The position numbers and the translations under genes are program-made. This document shows, in pieces, positions 19,248-29,045 of a DNA stretch of 64,000 nt (positions are counted from its first letter, which is position 1; each line of letters opens with the position of its first letter). A model generated the notes under the pieces. The model was not told where the DNA came from. It saw only the letters and a program-made list of their open reading frames with translations, and made no database searches. This DNA comes from Nannocystis bainbridge (GTDB lineage: Bacteria; Myxococcota_A; Polyangia; Nannocystales; Nannocystaceae): contig NZ_JAQNDL010000001.1 in NCBI RefSeq assembly GCF_028368995.1, positions 512,001 to 576,000 of the forward strand, read 5' to 3'.

Positions 19248-19325
19248 GACATGTCCGCTGCGACATGTCAAAACATACCTATCCGTTCGGACATATCCTA
19301 TTCGACATGTCCCAAAATACATCCA
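19248..19325. repeat. 14-bp-period array of GACATGTC palindromes in the gmhB-hldE spacer
   Basis: GACATGTC at 19248, 19262, 19304; GACATATC at 19290; degenerate units at 19276 and 19318. Confidence 0.75.
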
Positions 19326-19342
19326 CACCCAGAGCCGCCGCG

Positions 19343-20809
19343 ATGACCCATGTCCTGCTCCCCGTGCTCGACGCCTTCGCCGGCCTGCGGACCCTCGTGA
19401 TCGGCGAGGCCATGCTCGACGCCTACCTCGACGGTCACAGCGAGCGGCTGTGTCGCGAGGCCCCGGTGCCCGTCGTCGACGTCGACGCGCGCCGGGACGT
19501 CCCCGGCGGCGGCGCCAACACGGCCGTCAACGCCGCCGCGCTCGGCGCCCGCGTCACCTTCCTCTCGGTCGTCGGCGCCGACGACGACGCCGACCGCCTG
19601 GCCCGCTCGCTGGTCGCCCTCGGCGTGTGCGACCGCGGCCTCGTGCGCGCCGAGGGGCGCCGCACCCTCGTCAAGCAGCGGATCCTCGCCGGCGGCCAGA
19701 TCCTCCTGCGCCTCGACGCCGGCAGCCGCGACGGCCTCGACCCCGCCTGCGAGGCCCGCCTGCGCGAGCGCCTGCGAGCCGCCTGGCGCGAGGCCGACGC
19801 CGTCATCGTCTCCGACTACGGCTACGGCGTGCTCACCGACGGCCTCATCGACGAGCTCGCCGCCCTGCAGGCCGCCCACGCGCGCGTGCTGGTGGCCGAC
19901 GCCAAGGACCTGCGCCGGCTCGCGCGCGCCCGGCCGACCGCCGTCAAGCCCAACTACGCCGAGGCCGCGCGCCTGCTCGGCCTCAGCAACGGCCACGGCG
20001 ACGGCCGCGTCGAGCAGATCGCCGCCCACGAGGCCGAGCTGCTGCAGACCACCGGCGCGCGGGTGGCCGCGGTCACGCTCGACAGCGCCGGCGCCCTGGT
20101 CTTCGAGACAGGTCAGCCCGCCTACCGCACCTACGCCAGCCCCTCCTCCGACGCCAACGCCACCGGCGCCGGCGACACCTTCGTCAGCGCCCTCGCCCTC
20201 GCCCTCGCCGCCGGCGCGCCGACCCACGCCTGCGCCGACCTGGCCTCGGGCGCGGCCGCCCGCGTCGTCGCCCGCGACGGCACCACCGCCTGCACCGCCG
20301 CCGAGCTGCGGGTCCACTTCGCCGCCCAGGACAAGCTGCTCGGCCCCGACGACCTCGCCCGCCTGGCCGACAGCCTGCACCGCGCCGGCAAGCGGCTGGT
20401 GTTCACCAACGGCTGCTTCGACATCCTCCACCGTGGCCACATCACCTGCCTCAGCCGCGCCAAGGCGCTGGGCGACGTCCTGATCGTCGGCCTCAACGCC
20501 GACGCCAGCGTGCGCCGGCTCAAGGGCGCCGCCCGCCCGATCAACTGCGCCGCCGATCGGGCCCAGGTGCTGGCCGCCCTGTCGTGCGTCGATCACATCG
20601 TCGAGTTCGCCGACGACACCCCCGCCCGCCTCATCGAGCTCGCGCGGCCCGACATCTACGTCAAGGGCGGCGACTACCGCCTCGACACCCTGCCCGAGGC
20701 CCCGCTCGTGGCCCGCCTCGGCGGCGAGGTGCGGCTCATGCCCTACCTCGAACATTTCAGCACCACCGGCCTGCTGGCGCGCATCGGCGCCGGTCGGGGC
20801 GACGCATGA
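19343..20809 (+). CDS. hldE: Bifunctional heptose-7-phosphate kinase / heptose-1-phosphate adenylyltransferase
   Basis: REAPVPV, GGGANTA, SDYGYG, TGAGD (PfkB); FTNGCFDILHRGH, KGGDY (cytidylyltransferase-like). Confidence 0.9.
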   Translation: MTHVLLPVLDAFAGLRTLVIGEAMLDAYLDGHSERLCREAPVPVVDVDARRDVPGGGANTAVNAAALGARVTFLSVVGADDDADRLARSLVALGVCDRGLVRAEGRRTLVKQRILAGGQILLRLDAGSRDGLDPACEARLRERLRAAWREADAVIVSDYGYGVLTDGLIDELAALQAAHARVLVADAKDLRRLARARPTAVKPNYAEAARLLGLSNGHGDGRVEQIAAHEAELLQTTGARVAAVTLDSAGALVFETGQPAYRTYASPSSDANATGAGDTFVSALALALAAGAPTHACADLASGAAARVVARDGTTACTAAELRVHFAAQDKLLGPDDLARLADSLHRAGKRLVFTNGCFDILHRGHITCLSRAKALGDVLIVGLNADASVRRLKGAARPINCAADRAQVLAALSCVDHIVEFADDTPARLIELARPDIYVKGGDYRLDTLPEAPLVARLGGEVRLMPYLEHFSTTGLLARIGAGRGDA

Positions 20810-21909
20810 GCTGGGCCGCCGCCCGCCGCGTGCTCGCGGTCCGCCTCGACACTCTCGGCGACGTGCTCATGACCACCCCGGCCCTGCGCGCCGTCAAGGA
20901 GGGCCACCCGCGCCGCCACCTCACCCTGCTCACCTCGAGCGCCGGCGCTGTCGCCGGTCGCCTCGTGCCCGAGGTCGACGAAGTGTGGAGCTTCGACGCC
21001 GCGTGGCTCAAGGCCGGCCCCGCGCACGCCGACGCCGCCCGCGAGCGCGACCTCGTCGACCGCCTCCGCGCCGGCCGCTTCGACGCCGCGATCGTGTTCA
21101 CCGTCTACAGCCAGAGCCCGCTGCCCGCCGCGCTCCTGACCTACCTCGCCGGCATCCCGCGCCGCCTGGCCCACTGCCGCGAGAACCCCTACCGCCTGCT
21201 CACCGAGTGGGTCCCCGAGACCGAGCCCGAGCGCGGCGTGCGGCACGAGGTCACCCGCCAGCTCGACCTCGTCGCCGCCGTCGGCCTGCGCCCCTCGCAC
21301 GATCTCCTGTCTCTAAGGCCATGTCCCGAAGACCACCTCGCCGCCGCGGCCGAGCTGGCCCGCCTGGGCCTCGCGCGCCGCTGGGCCGTCGTGCACCCCG
21401 GCGCCACCGCCAGCTCCCGCCGCTACCCCGCCGCCGGCTTCGCCACCGTCGCTCGCGCCCTCGTGCGCGACCACGGCTTCGACCTCGTGTTCACCGGCAG
21501 CGCCGACGAGGCCGCCCTCGTCGAACAGATCCGCGACGCCGCCGACGTGCTCACCCACTCGCTCGTCGGTCGCCTGTCGCTCGGCGCCCTCGCAGCCGTG
21601 ATCGCCCGCGCCGGCCTGCTCATCAGCAACAACACCGGCCCCGCCCACGTCGCCGCCGCCGTGGGCACCCCCGTCGTCGACCTCTACGCCCTCACCAACC
21701 CGCAGCACACCCCCTGGGCCGTGCCCGCGCGGGTCCTCAGCCACCCGGTCCCGTGCGCCCCCTGCTACCGCTCGACCTGTCCCGAAGGCCATCACCTGTG
21801 CCTGCGCGGCGTCCCGCCGGCGGCCGTGGTCACCGCCGCGCTCGAGCTGCTGCGCCCCGAACCCCGCGAGGTCCTCCCCACTGCCGCCGTCCCCCTCGCC
21901 CCGCCGTGA
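20806..21909 (+). CDS. Glycosyltransferase family 9 (WaaF-like)
   Basis: RLDTLGDVLMTTPAL, VHPGA, NNTGPAHVAAA. Confidence 0.9.
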   Translation: MSWAAARRVLAVRLDTLGDVLMTTPALRAVKEGHPRRHLTLLTSSAGAVAGRLVPEVDEVWSFDAAWLKAGPAHADAARERDLVDRLRAGRFDAAIVFTVYSQSPLPAALLTYLAGIPRRLAHCRENPYRLLTEWVPETEPERGVRHEVTRQLDLVAAVGLRPSHDLLSLRPCPEDHLAAAAELARLGLARRWAVVHPGATASSRRYPAAGFATVARALVRDHGFDLVFTGSADEAALVEQIRDAADVLTHSLVGRLSLGALAAVIARAGLLISNNTGPAHVAAAVGTPVVDLYALTNPQHTPWAVPARVLSHPVPCAPCYRSTCPEGHHLCLRGVPPAAVVTAALELLRPEPREVLPTAAVPLAPP

Positions 21910-21961
21910 CGCACATCCACGCAATGTCATGACCGTGACGCCCCTCCACGCAATGTCATGA
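21904..21961. repeat. Two tandem 29-bp repeats filling the intergenic gap
   Basis: CCGTGACGCACATCCACGCAATGTCATGA / CCGTGACGCCCCTCCACGCAATGTCATGA (2 mismatches). Confidence 0.85.
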
Positions 21962-21979
21962 CCCCATCGAAGTACTGCC

Positions 21980-23161
21980 ATGCCCCCTCGCAATGACCCG
22001 CTCCCCGCCGCCCCGTTCGCCCTCGATCCTCGCCCGCGGCTCCGCCATGACGAATCGCGTCCGACCGCCCGTGGCCTGGCGGCCCTCGGCCTCGCGCGTG
22101 CGATCGAGTGGTCGAGCGTGCGCCGGATCCTCGTCGTCCGGCTCGACAACCTCGGCGACGTCATCCTCACCGGCCCGGCCCTGCGCGCCCTCAAGGACCA
22201 CCTCCCGCACGTCCACCTCACCTTGCTCGCCAGCCCTGGCGGCGCCCCGGCGGCCGCGCTGTTGCCGTGGGTCGACGACCTCGTGCCGTGCCGCGCCCTG
22301 TGGCAGGACCTGGGCCGCCTCGGCTTCGATCCCGCCCGCGAGCGCCAGCTCGTCGCCGGCCTGCGCCGCGGCGCCTACGACCTCGCGCTCGTGCTCACCA
22401 GCTTCAGCCAGACCCCGCACCCGGCCGCCCTCGCCTGCGCCCTGGCCGGCATCCCGGCGCGCATCGGCGCGTCGCGCGAGCGCGGGCGGGCCCTCACCGT
22501 CGCCCTGCCGCACCTCGATGACGACCTCCACCAGTGCGAGCGCAACCTCCAGCTCGTCGAGCGCCTCGGCGTGCCGGTCGCCGATCGGCGGCTCGAGATC
22601 CGGCTCCCACGCGCCGCCTGGAGCGCCGCCGGGGCCCGCCTCGCCGCCCACGGCGTCAGCGGCGACTACCTGGTGTGGAACCCCTTCGCCAGCTGCGACG
22701 CGCGCACCTACGACCCGCTGCGCCACGCCCTCGCCGCCCGCGCCCTGGCCGAGTACGCCGACCTGCGCGTGGTCGTCTGCGGGTCCGCCCGCGACCGCGA
22801 CCGCGCCCGCGAGCTCGCCCCGCTGCTCGGCCCGCGCGGCCTCGACCTGGTCGGAGAGACAGATCTGCTCGAGTTCGCCGCCCTGCTCGCCGGCGCCCGC
22901 CTCGTGCTCACCAACAACACCGCCGCCCTGCACCTCGCCGACGCGCTCGCCGTGCCCCAGCTCGTCACCTACGCCGGCACCGACCGCGACAGCCAGTGGC
23001 GGCCGCGCGCCTCGCCGCACCGCCTGCTGCGCCGCGCCACCGCCTGCGCCCCCTGCTACCGCTTCGCCTGCCCGACCGCCCACGAGTGCCTGGCCCTGGC
23101 CCCCGCCGAGGTGCTCGCCGCCGGCCTCTCGCTGCTCGCCGAGACCGCCCCGCGCGCGTGA
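21980..23161 (+). CDS. Glycosyltransferase family 9
   Basis: RLDNLGDVILTGPAL, TNNTAALHLA, C-terminal CAPC..C..C. Confidence 0.9.
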   Translation: MPPRNDPLPAAPFALDPRPRLRHDESRPTARGLAALGLARAIEWSSVRRILVVRLDNLGDVILTGPALRALKDHLPHVHLTLLASPGGAPAAALLPWVDDLVPCRALWQDLGRLGFDPARERQLVAGLRRGAYDLALVLTSFSQTPHPAALACALAGIPARIGASRERGRALTVALPHLDDDLHQCERNLQLVERLGVPVADRRLEIRLPRAAWSAAGARLAAHGVSGDYLVWNPFASCDARTYDPLRHALAARALAEYADLRVVVCGSARDRDRARELAPLLGPRGLDLVGETDLLEFAALLAGARLVLTNNTAALHLADALAVPQLVTYAGTDRDSQWRPRASPHRLLRRATACAPCYRFACPTAHECLALAPAEVLAAGLSLLAETAPRA

Positions 23162-23533
23162 AGCCCGGGCCCGCCCCGCGCGTGAAGCCGAGCCCGCCGC
23201 GCGCGCCCGCGACGCTCAGGAGCGCGAATCGTGTGATCCCGGCGCACCGAGAATGTCGCACCGCCAATCACCGTAGCCCGCTCGCGTGATTCCCCCGAGT
23301 CTGCCGCAGCAGCCCGATCCATCGGCGCCGCGGCCGAGACCGTCCGCCCGCAGCCGATGCTTCGCGACACGCCGGCCGCGCGACGTGCGCGACTGCCAGC
23401 AGCGCCCCGATCGGCGCAAACGGGATCCTCGCCGGAGCGGCCCGCCGGCCCCGCTGCGCCGCCTCCACGGTGATTAGAGAGAACCGCGGCGCCGGCAACT
23501 GCCGACAAGCTGTCCCCGGGAGGGAACACTCGA

Positions 23534-23716
23534 ATGCATCACCAACGAGTCGAAGCCCACTCGGGCCAGGACGACGGCGTGTCCGTCGAACCGTGGAGCG
23601 ACCTGAACGACGACGATTTCTACCTCGCCGCCGAGGCCAGCATCGAGGCGCTGTACGAGGGCGAGGAGGAGGAGCTGTCCCCGGACGACATCGAAGAGCT
23701 GCCCGACGAGCCGTAG
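23534..23716 (+). CDS. Small highly acidic hypothetical protein (60 aa)
   Basis: GGAGGG upstream; D/E-rich ORF with GC3 bias. Confidence 0.6.
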   Translation: MHHQRVEAHSGQDDGVSVEPWSDLNDDDFYLAAEASIEALYEGEEEELSPDDIEELPDEP

Positions 23717-23774
23717 GCCGCGCGCACCGCCGCGCCCTCTCACGGGCGCGGCGTCGATCCGGCCCGCGAACCAC

Positions 23775-25613
23775 TCACATCAGTTCGCAGGCCATCGGCG
23801 CCCGCTCGTCCGGCACCGCGAACAGCGGCCGCTCGCGCGGGTGCTGCGACGGCGCCAGCTCGTGTACTGCGCCGTCCTCGACGAACAGCACCCGGTCGAA
23901 CAGCGACAGCAAGCTCCAGCGATGGCAGGCCGCCAGCACCGTCGCCTCGGGCGAGGCCTCGAACAGGGCGGCCAGCACCGCCCGCTCGGTCGGTGGATCG
24001 AGCGCGGCCGTCGGCTCGTCGAGCAGCAGCAGCTCTCGCGCGTGCGCGCGCAGCAGCCCGCGGGCCAGCGCGATGCGCTGGCGCTCGCCGCCCGACAGGT
24101 TCAGCCCGCTCTGGGCCAGGTGCGTGTCCCAGCCCGCCTGCAGCTTGGCGATCACCGGCCCCAGGCGGGCCAGCCGGACCACCTGCGCCAGCGTCGCCTC
24201 GGCCACTTCCTCGCCGAGCGTCACGTTGTAGCGCAGCGTCTCCGAGAAGATCTGCGGCTCTTGCGGGATCAGCAGCGTGCGGCTCGCCAGCTCCTCGAAC
24301 GAGCCGCGGCGGCCGTCGAACGTCACCTCGCCGCCCCCCGGGCGCAGCATCCCGGCCAGCAGCTTCAGCAGCGTCGACTTGCCGCCGCCGCTGGTGCCCA
24401 CCACCGCGATCTTCTCGCCGCGGCGGATCGTCAACGCCCCGCAGCGCAGCGCCCGCTCGTCGCCCGCGTAGCTGAACTCCAGCCCCGCCAGCCGCAGCTC
24501 GCGCCAGCGCGGCGCCCCTCGCCGCGGCGGCGCCGCCTGCGGCGTCCCGTGCAGCAGCTCGCTGGCGTCCTCGTAGGCCGCGCAGGCCTCGACGATGTTG
24601 CCGTAATACGCCGAGAAGGAGCCGATCGCGCCGAAGATCTTGTCCAGGTAGCTGATGAGCACATAGACCTGGGCCACGTCGAGCGCGGTCGCGTGCAGCC
24701 CGGCGCCGTGGAAGTACCACAGCAGCGACGTCGCCATCACCAGCGCGTAGCCGCAGCTGACGGCCGCCCACTTGAGCTCGCTGAAGCGCGACACCCGGCG
24801 CACCAGCTCGCCGCCCTCGTCGCGCTGGCGCCCGAGGTCGGCGCAGGCCAGCGCCTCGAGGTTCATCGTCTTCACCGTGACGACGTTCGTCAGGTAATCG
24901 ACGCACACCCGCCCGACCTTGTTGTCGAATTGATGGACCAGGCGGATGTGCTCGACCATGCGACGGTTGAAGTACATCATCGCCGCGATCGTGACCGCGC
25001 CCATCACCACCACGTTGGCGGCCACCCGCACGTCGAGCGCCCACAGGGCCGCGCTGGCGAGCACCACCTTGACGGTGCCCTCGAGCACCTGCCACGAATA
25101 CTGGCCGACCAGGTTGCCGACCGCGAGCGCCGAGCGCTGCAGCTTGGCCATGTTCTCGCCGGTGTGCCGCTCGACGTGCCAGTGCAGGCCGTAGCCGAGC
25201 AGCGCCTGGAACACCCGCGTCATCGTCGCCATGCGCGCCTGATAGGCCACGCCGCTCTGCAGATAACGCCCGAGGTGGTGCAGCAGGATGTTGACGAACC
25301 GGAGCCCGAGGTAGGCGCCGATGCCCAGCAGCGCGCCGGCATAGGCGACCTCGCTGAAGCCGTGCTCGACGAACACCCCGACGGTGTAACCGATGGCCCA
25401 CGGCACCAGCAGCTCGGCCGCGCTGGCGACGATGAACAGGACGACGAACGCCCAGAACCGCGAGCGACTGGGCCCCAGAGCCGTCCACGCGGCCCGCAGC
25501 AGCGGCCCGGGCCCACGACCGGGCGGCAGCGGCCGCGCCGGCCGGGCGGCGTCACGGACCCCGTCACCCGCCCACGGCGAGAACAAACGAACGAACGCTT
25601 GCATGATCCCCAT
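23775..25613 (-). CDS. ABC transporter, fused permease/ATP-binding (type IV exporter)
   Basis: 6-TM N-part; GTSGGGKS, PQE, LSGGERQR, LLLLDE, H-loop. Confidence 0.9.
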   Translation of the reverse strand: MGIMQAFVRLFSPWAGDGVRDAARPARPLPPGRGPGPLLRAAWTALGPSRSRFWAFVVLFIVASAAELLVPWAIGYTVGVFVEHGFSEVAYAGALLGIGAYLGLRFVNILLHHLGRYLQSGVAYQARMATMTRVFQALLGYGLHWHVERHTGENMAKLQRSALAVGNLVGQYSWQVLEGTVKVVLASAALWALDVRVAANVVVMGAVTIAAMMYFNRRMVEHIRLVHQFDNKVGRVCVDYLTNVVTVKTMNLEALACADLGRQRDEGGELVRRVSRFSELKWAAVSCGYALVMATSLLWYFHGAGLHATALDVAQVYVLISYLDKIFGAIGSFSAYYGNIVEACAAYEDASELLHGTPQAAPPRRGAPRWRELRLAGLEFSYAGDERALRCGALTIRRGEKIAVVGTSGGGKSTLLKLLAGMLRPGGGEVTFDGRRGSFEELASRTLLIPQEPQIFSETLRYNVTLGEEVAEATLAQVVRLARLGPVIAKLQAGWDTHLAQSGLNLSGGERQRIALARGLLRAHARELLLLDEPTAALDPPTERAVLAALFEASPEATVLAACHRWSLLSLFDRVLFVEDGAVHELAPSQHPRERPLFAVPDERAPMACELM

Positions 25614-26290
25614 TCGGCGCCGGCCGACCGGACGAAGACCGACCTAAGCCCGGCGCTCCGCGCGGACCAGGCCCTGCGGCAGCGCCGCTCGGACGCGGAT
25701 CATGGGAAGTCTCGGGGAGGGACGTCGCGGCGGCGGGATCATGAGAAACAAAAGCTCTGGCGAATGCATCGTTTCGGGCTGCGCCGCACGACGGCGAGCA
25801 CACGGCCGCTCGCTCGCAGCGGCCGAGGCGGCTCACTATAACCGACGGCCGCCCGCCGCCGCCACCCGTGAATCATCACGGCGCCCGCTCCGCCCGGCGA
25901 AGCGAGCGCCGCGCCGACCCCCGACAATGCTGCTCGCCGCGTGGCCCGAATCACCCGTGCTCGCGCGCTGGTGCTATCGATGCATCGCCTCCGCGATCGG
26001 GCTCCGCGATCGCCATGCATCCTTCGGCGAGGTCCGTGGCTCCGCCGCGTGCCGCCGATTCGCGCCCCCTCCGACGAGGCCTGGCCTGAACCCTGGGGCG
26101 CTGCCGAGTGGCCACCACCGCCGCGCGAACGAGGACCGTCGAGCTCAGGACGGCACCTACCGGGTGCTCGTAGTCCCGCGCATCCTCATCCAATGCGCAA
26201 TGACGGCACGATCGATCGCACGGACCCCGACCGCCGTTCGCGGGGCGGCGAACGGATTTTGCTTGGCGCGATGTTCCGCCGTCGCCATGG

Positions 26291-26629
26291 TTGCGAAGCA
26301 TGCGAAAGAAGGGATCCCTCTCGGAGCAGGAACGATCCCAGGCTTCACGACTGGCCCCGGACGCCCCGGCGACCCAGGCCTTGCTGGTCGTCCTCCGCCA
26401 CCTCGACGCCGACCCCGCCGTGATCTACGCCGCGCTGAAGACGCGACAGATCGTCTTTCAGGACGCGCTGAAGGGCTTCACCGCGAGGGAGGTCGACGCA
26501 TGGACGGAGGCGCTCCGCGAGTTCGACCGCCTGAGCAGCGTGCCCCCCGAGCAGTTCGCGCAGCTCGACATCGAGACGAGGCGGCGATGGCAGCTCGCCA
26601 CCAACCGGGGTGACGCGCTCGCCGAGTGA
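26291..26629 (+). CDS. Hypothetical protein
   Basis: ORF with balanced composition and GC3 bias; no family recognised. Confidence 0.5.
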   Translation: MRSMRKKGSLSEQERSQASRLAPDAPATQALLVVLRHLDADPAVIYAALKTRQIVFQDALKGFTAREVDAWTEALREFDRLSSVPPEQFAQLDIETRRRWQLATNRGDALAE

Positions 26630-26716
26630 GCGAGCGCGTCCTTCCAAATCATCGCAGTCGGGCCGGCGTGGCCTCGCCATTCCTCCATGGCGAGAACCAG
26701 GCCCGCGACGCCGCGC

Positions 26717-27805
26717 TCACGCCTCGCGCGTGCGCGACGTGGTCGACGTGGTCGTCGGCTCGTTCTGCGACCCGCGGCCGGAGGTCTGGCCCTGCCCGCC
26801 CATGTCCTGGCGCGACATGCCGCCCTGCCGCCCCGACGTGACGCGCAGTTGATTCTGCACGTCGAGCACCCCCGAGACCTCCTCGGTCAGATCTTCGGCC
26901 ATGCGCTTCATCTCGCGGTCCTCGACCATGCCGGTCAGGATGACGTTGCCCTGATTGACCTTCACCTCGATCTCGCTGGCGTCCACCGCGGGATGCCGGG
27001 TCAAGATCTCGCAAATCTCCTCGGTGATGCGCTCATCGGAGCGGCGATAGCCTTTCGGCCCGCGCCCCGCGTAGCGCTCCTGCGACCGCCCGCCGAGGCG
27101 GCCCGCCTCGCCGAAGCCCCGCGACATCCCCCGCCCCTGCGCCATCTCCCCGCGGAATCGGCCCTCGAAGCCCTCGCGGCCGTGGCTCTGGCTGCCGTAT
27201 TGGCCCGGGCTGCCGTACTGGCCCTGCCCGCCGTACTGGCCCTGGCTGCCGTATTGGCCCTGCCCGCCGTACTGGCCCTGCCCGCCGTACTGGCCCTGCC
27301 CGCCGTACTGGCCCGGGCTGCCGTACTGGCCCTGCTCGCGGTATTGGCCCTGCCCGCCATATTGGCCCGGGCTGCCGTACTGGCCCTGCTCGCGGTATTG
27401 GCCCTGCCCGCCATATTGGCCCTGCCCGCCGTACTGGCCCGGGCTGCCGTACTGGCCCTGCTCGCGGTATTGGCCCTGCCCGCCGTACTGGCTCTGCTCG
27501 CCGTATTGGCCCTGCCCGCCGTATTGGCCCTGCCCGCCATACTGGCCCTGCCCGCCATGATAGGCTTGCTGGCCCTCGTAGCGGCCGGCCCCATGTCCCA
27601 TGAATTCGCCGGTGCGCCGCTCCTCGTATTCGAACCCCTCCTCGTCCGCGAGGCGGCTCCTTTCGCCGGACTCCTCGCGGCCCGCCCAGGTGCGCATCTC
27701 GTCGCCACGGCCGCGCTCCCGGCCCTCGCGCTCCTGCATCGCAGGGCGCTGACGACGGCCATGGCTCTGCTCTTCCTGTCCCTGACGGCGTTCGTTCGGT
27801 CGCAT
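26717..27805 (-). CDS. BON-domain protein with long Gly/Gln/Tyr low-complexity repeat
   Basis: GRGPKGYRRSDERI..DAS.IEVKV..G.VILTG.V..VSGV.DVQNQL; GAGG RBS. Confidence 0.9.
   Translation of the reverse strand: MRPNERRQGQEEQSHGRRQRPAMQEREGRERGRGDEMRTWAGREESGERSRLADEEGFEYEERRTGEFMGHGAGRYEGQQAYHGGQGQYGGQGQYGGQGQYGEQSQYGGQGQYREQGQYGSPGQYGGQGQYGGQGQYREQGQYGSPGQYGGQGQYREQGQYGSPGQYGGQGQYGGQGQYGGQGQYGSQGQYGGQGQYGSPGQYGSQSHGREGFEGRFRGEMAQGRGMSRGFGEAGRLGGRSQERYAGRGPKGYRRSDERITEEICEILTRHPAVDASEIEVKVNQGNVILTGMVEDREMKRMAEDLTEEVSGVLDVQNQLRVTSGRQGGMSRQDMGGQGQTSGRGSQNEPTTTSTTSRTREA
27190..27560 (-). repeat. About 20 tandem 18-bp units encoding GQGQYG/REQGQY/GSPGQY
   Basis: GCCGTACTGGCCCTGCCC-type units repeated on + strand. 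Confidence 0.9.
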
Positions 27806-28157
27806 GAATCTTCCTCTCGTCCTGATTGGTTTGGGTGGATCGAGCGGCCCGGGGGCCGCGCGTGCCGACAGCATGGGAGCGAAAAACCGCAGCCCCGGGA
27901 CAGTGGAGCAGGAACGCCCACCGATGGACGCGCACGCCCACGAATCGCGCAGGCTGCCCCGATGTGCGCGGCCGCCACCGCCTCTCGCTCGTGTGATTCG
28001 ACCTCACCGTCGCGCCGGGCGACCCTTCCCACGCTCGCCGGCGACGACCGGACCCCGGGCGGCGATGGCACCGGTGCTCACCTCCGAGGCCCAGCGCCGC
28101 ACCGAACACGCAGCGGTCGACCTCGCGGAGGTCACGCTGCCGCTCGAGCGCGGGCGT

Positions 28158-29045
28158 TCATTCGCCGCCGCTCAAGACCTCGTCCCGCGCGCGTCGCAAC
28201 GCGCGCGGCCTGCTCCATCGTCGCAAGGCTCGCCGGCAACAGAGCTCGACGATGCCGCTCCAAACTTCGGTGAGGGCGACGGCCAGCAGCACATGGTGCC
28301 ACCACAGCAAATCGCTGACGCTGACGCCCAGGAGACAGGCGACCGCTGCGATCAGGCAGATGTAGCCCACGACACACAGCGGCCAAAATGGCGTGAAGAA
28401 AGCGAGCTCCCAGAACTCCCGGGTCGGTAAGAAAACCGAAGCGCTGCATTTGTCCTTGATGTAGCCGAAGACGGATGTGGCGACACCCACTCCAACCTTT
28501 TACAAGTCTTGAACTTCTTGAAGAACCACCAGCATCCGGCGCCGGTGGCTACCCCGATCGATCCGCCGCTGAGCCCGCCGGCGACATCGCACGACACCGA
28601 GCGCGAGGGCGCCGCCTCCGCAGCGTCCGCGAGCGCCTGCTCGACCTCCGATGTGGTCCAGACCTGGACGAGGCTGTTGAAGAGAGAGACCACTTCCTCA
28701 CGCTCGAGGGTCGCAAGGTACTCCGTGTTCAACGTCTTCAAACTCTGCTCGGGCAGCCCGGTCAACTCGCCGTCGAAGTCGAGGATGGTGGTGTCGTCCA
28801 CGAGCAGGATGAAGGTCGCTCCCCCGTCGAGCTCACCATGCGCCGCCAGCCTCACGTGCCCGACGCCCTTGAGCGCGTAGGCAATCTCGATGTTCAAGCC
28901 TTCGGAGAAGTCGAAGGCAGCGATCACCGCATCCGCGGAGAAGTCCACCGGCGCCCGGAGGCTTTCAGAAAACTCGCCAGGCGTGACGTGCGCGGGATTG
29001 GAAGCCGCGAAGAGCGACACGGCAATGAGGAAGTTCGGCGAGCAT
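28158..29045 (-). pseudogene. Frameshifted, fused paralog of the two-gene module at 56574-57907
   Basis: ATG CTC GCC GAA CT(T) C.. with extra base near 29031; second shift at A-run 28498-28501; shares LIAVSLFAA, S..QVW...V..ALA, DKC and LPT..FW....TP with the intact copy. Confidence 0.75.

Noticed and set aside
19243-19325. Possible mini-CRISPR array
   Set aside because: Period is only 14 bp, there are no spacer-sized unique segments, and no cas genes are in the window
27190-27560. Long repeat array as CRISPR or non-coding element
   Set aside because: It is an in-frame 18-bp coding repeat inside the BON gene
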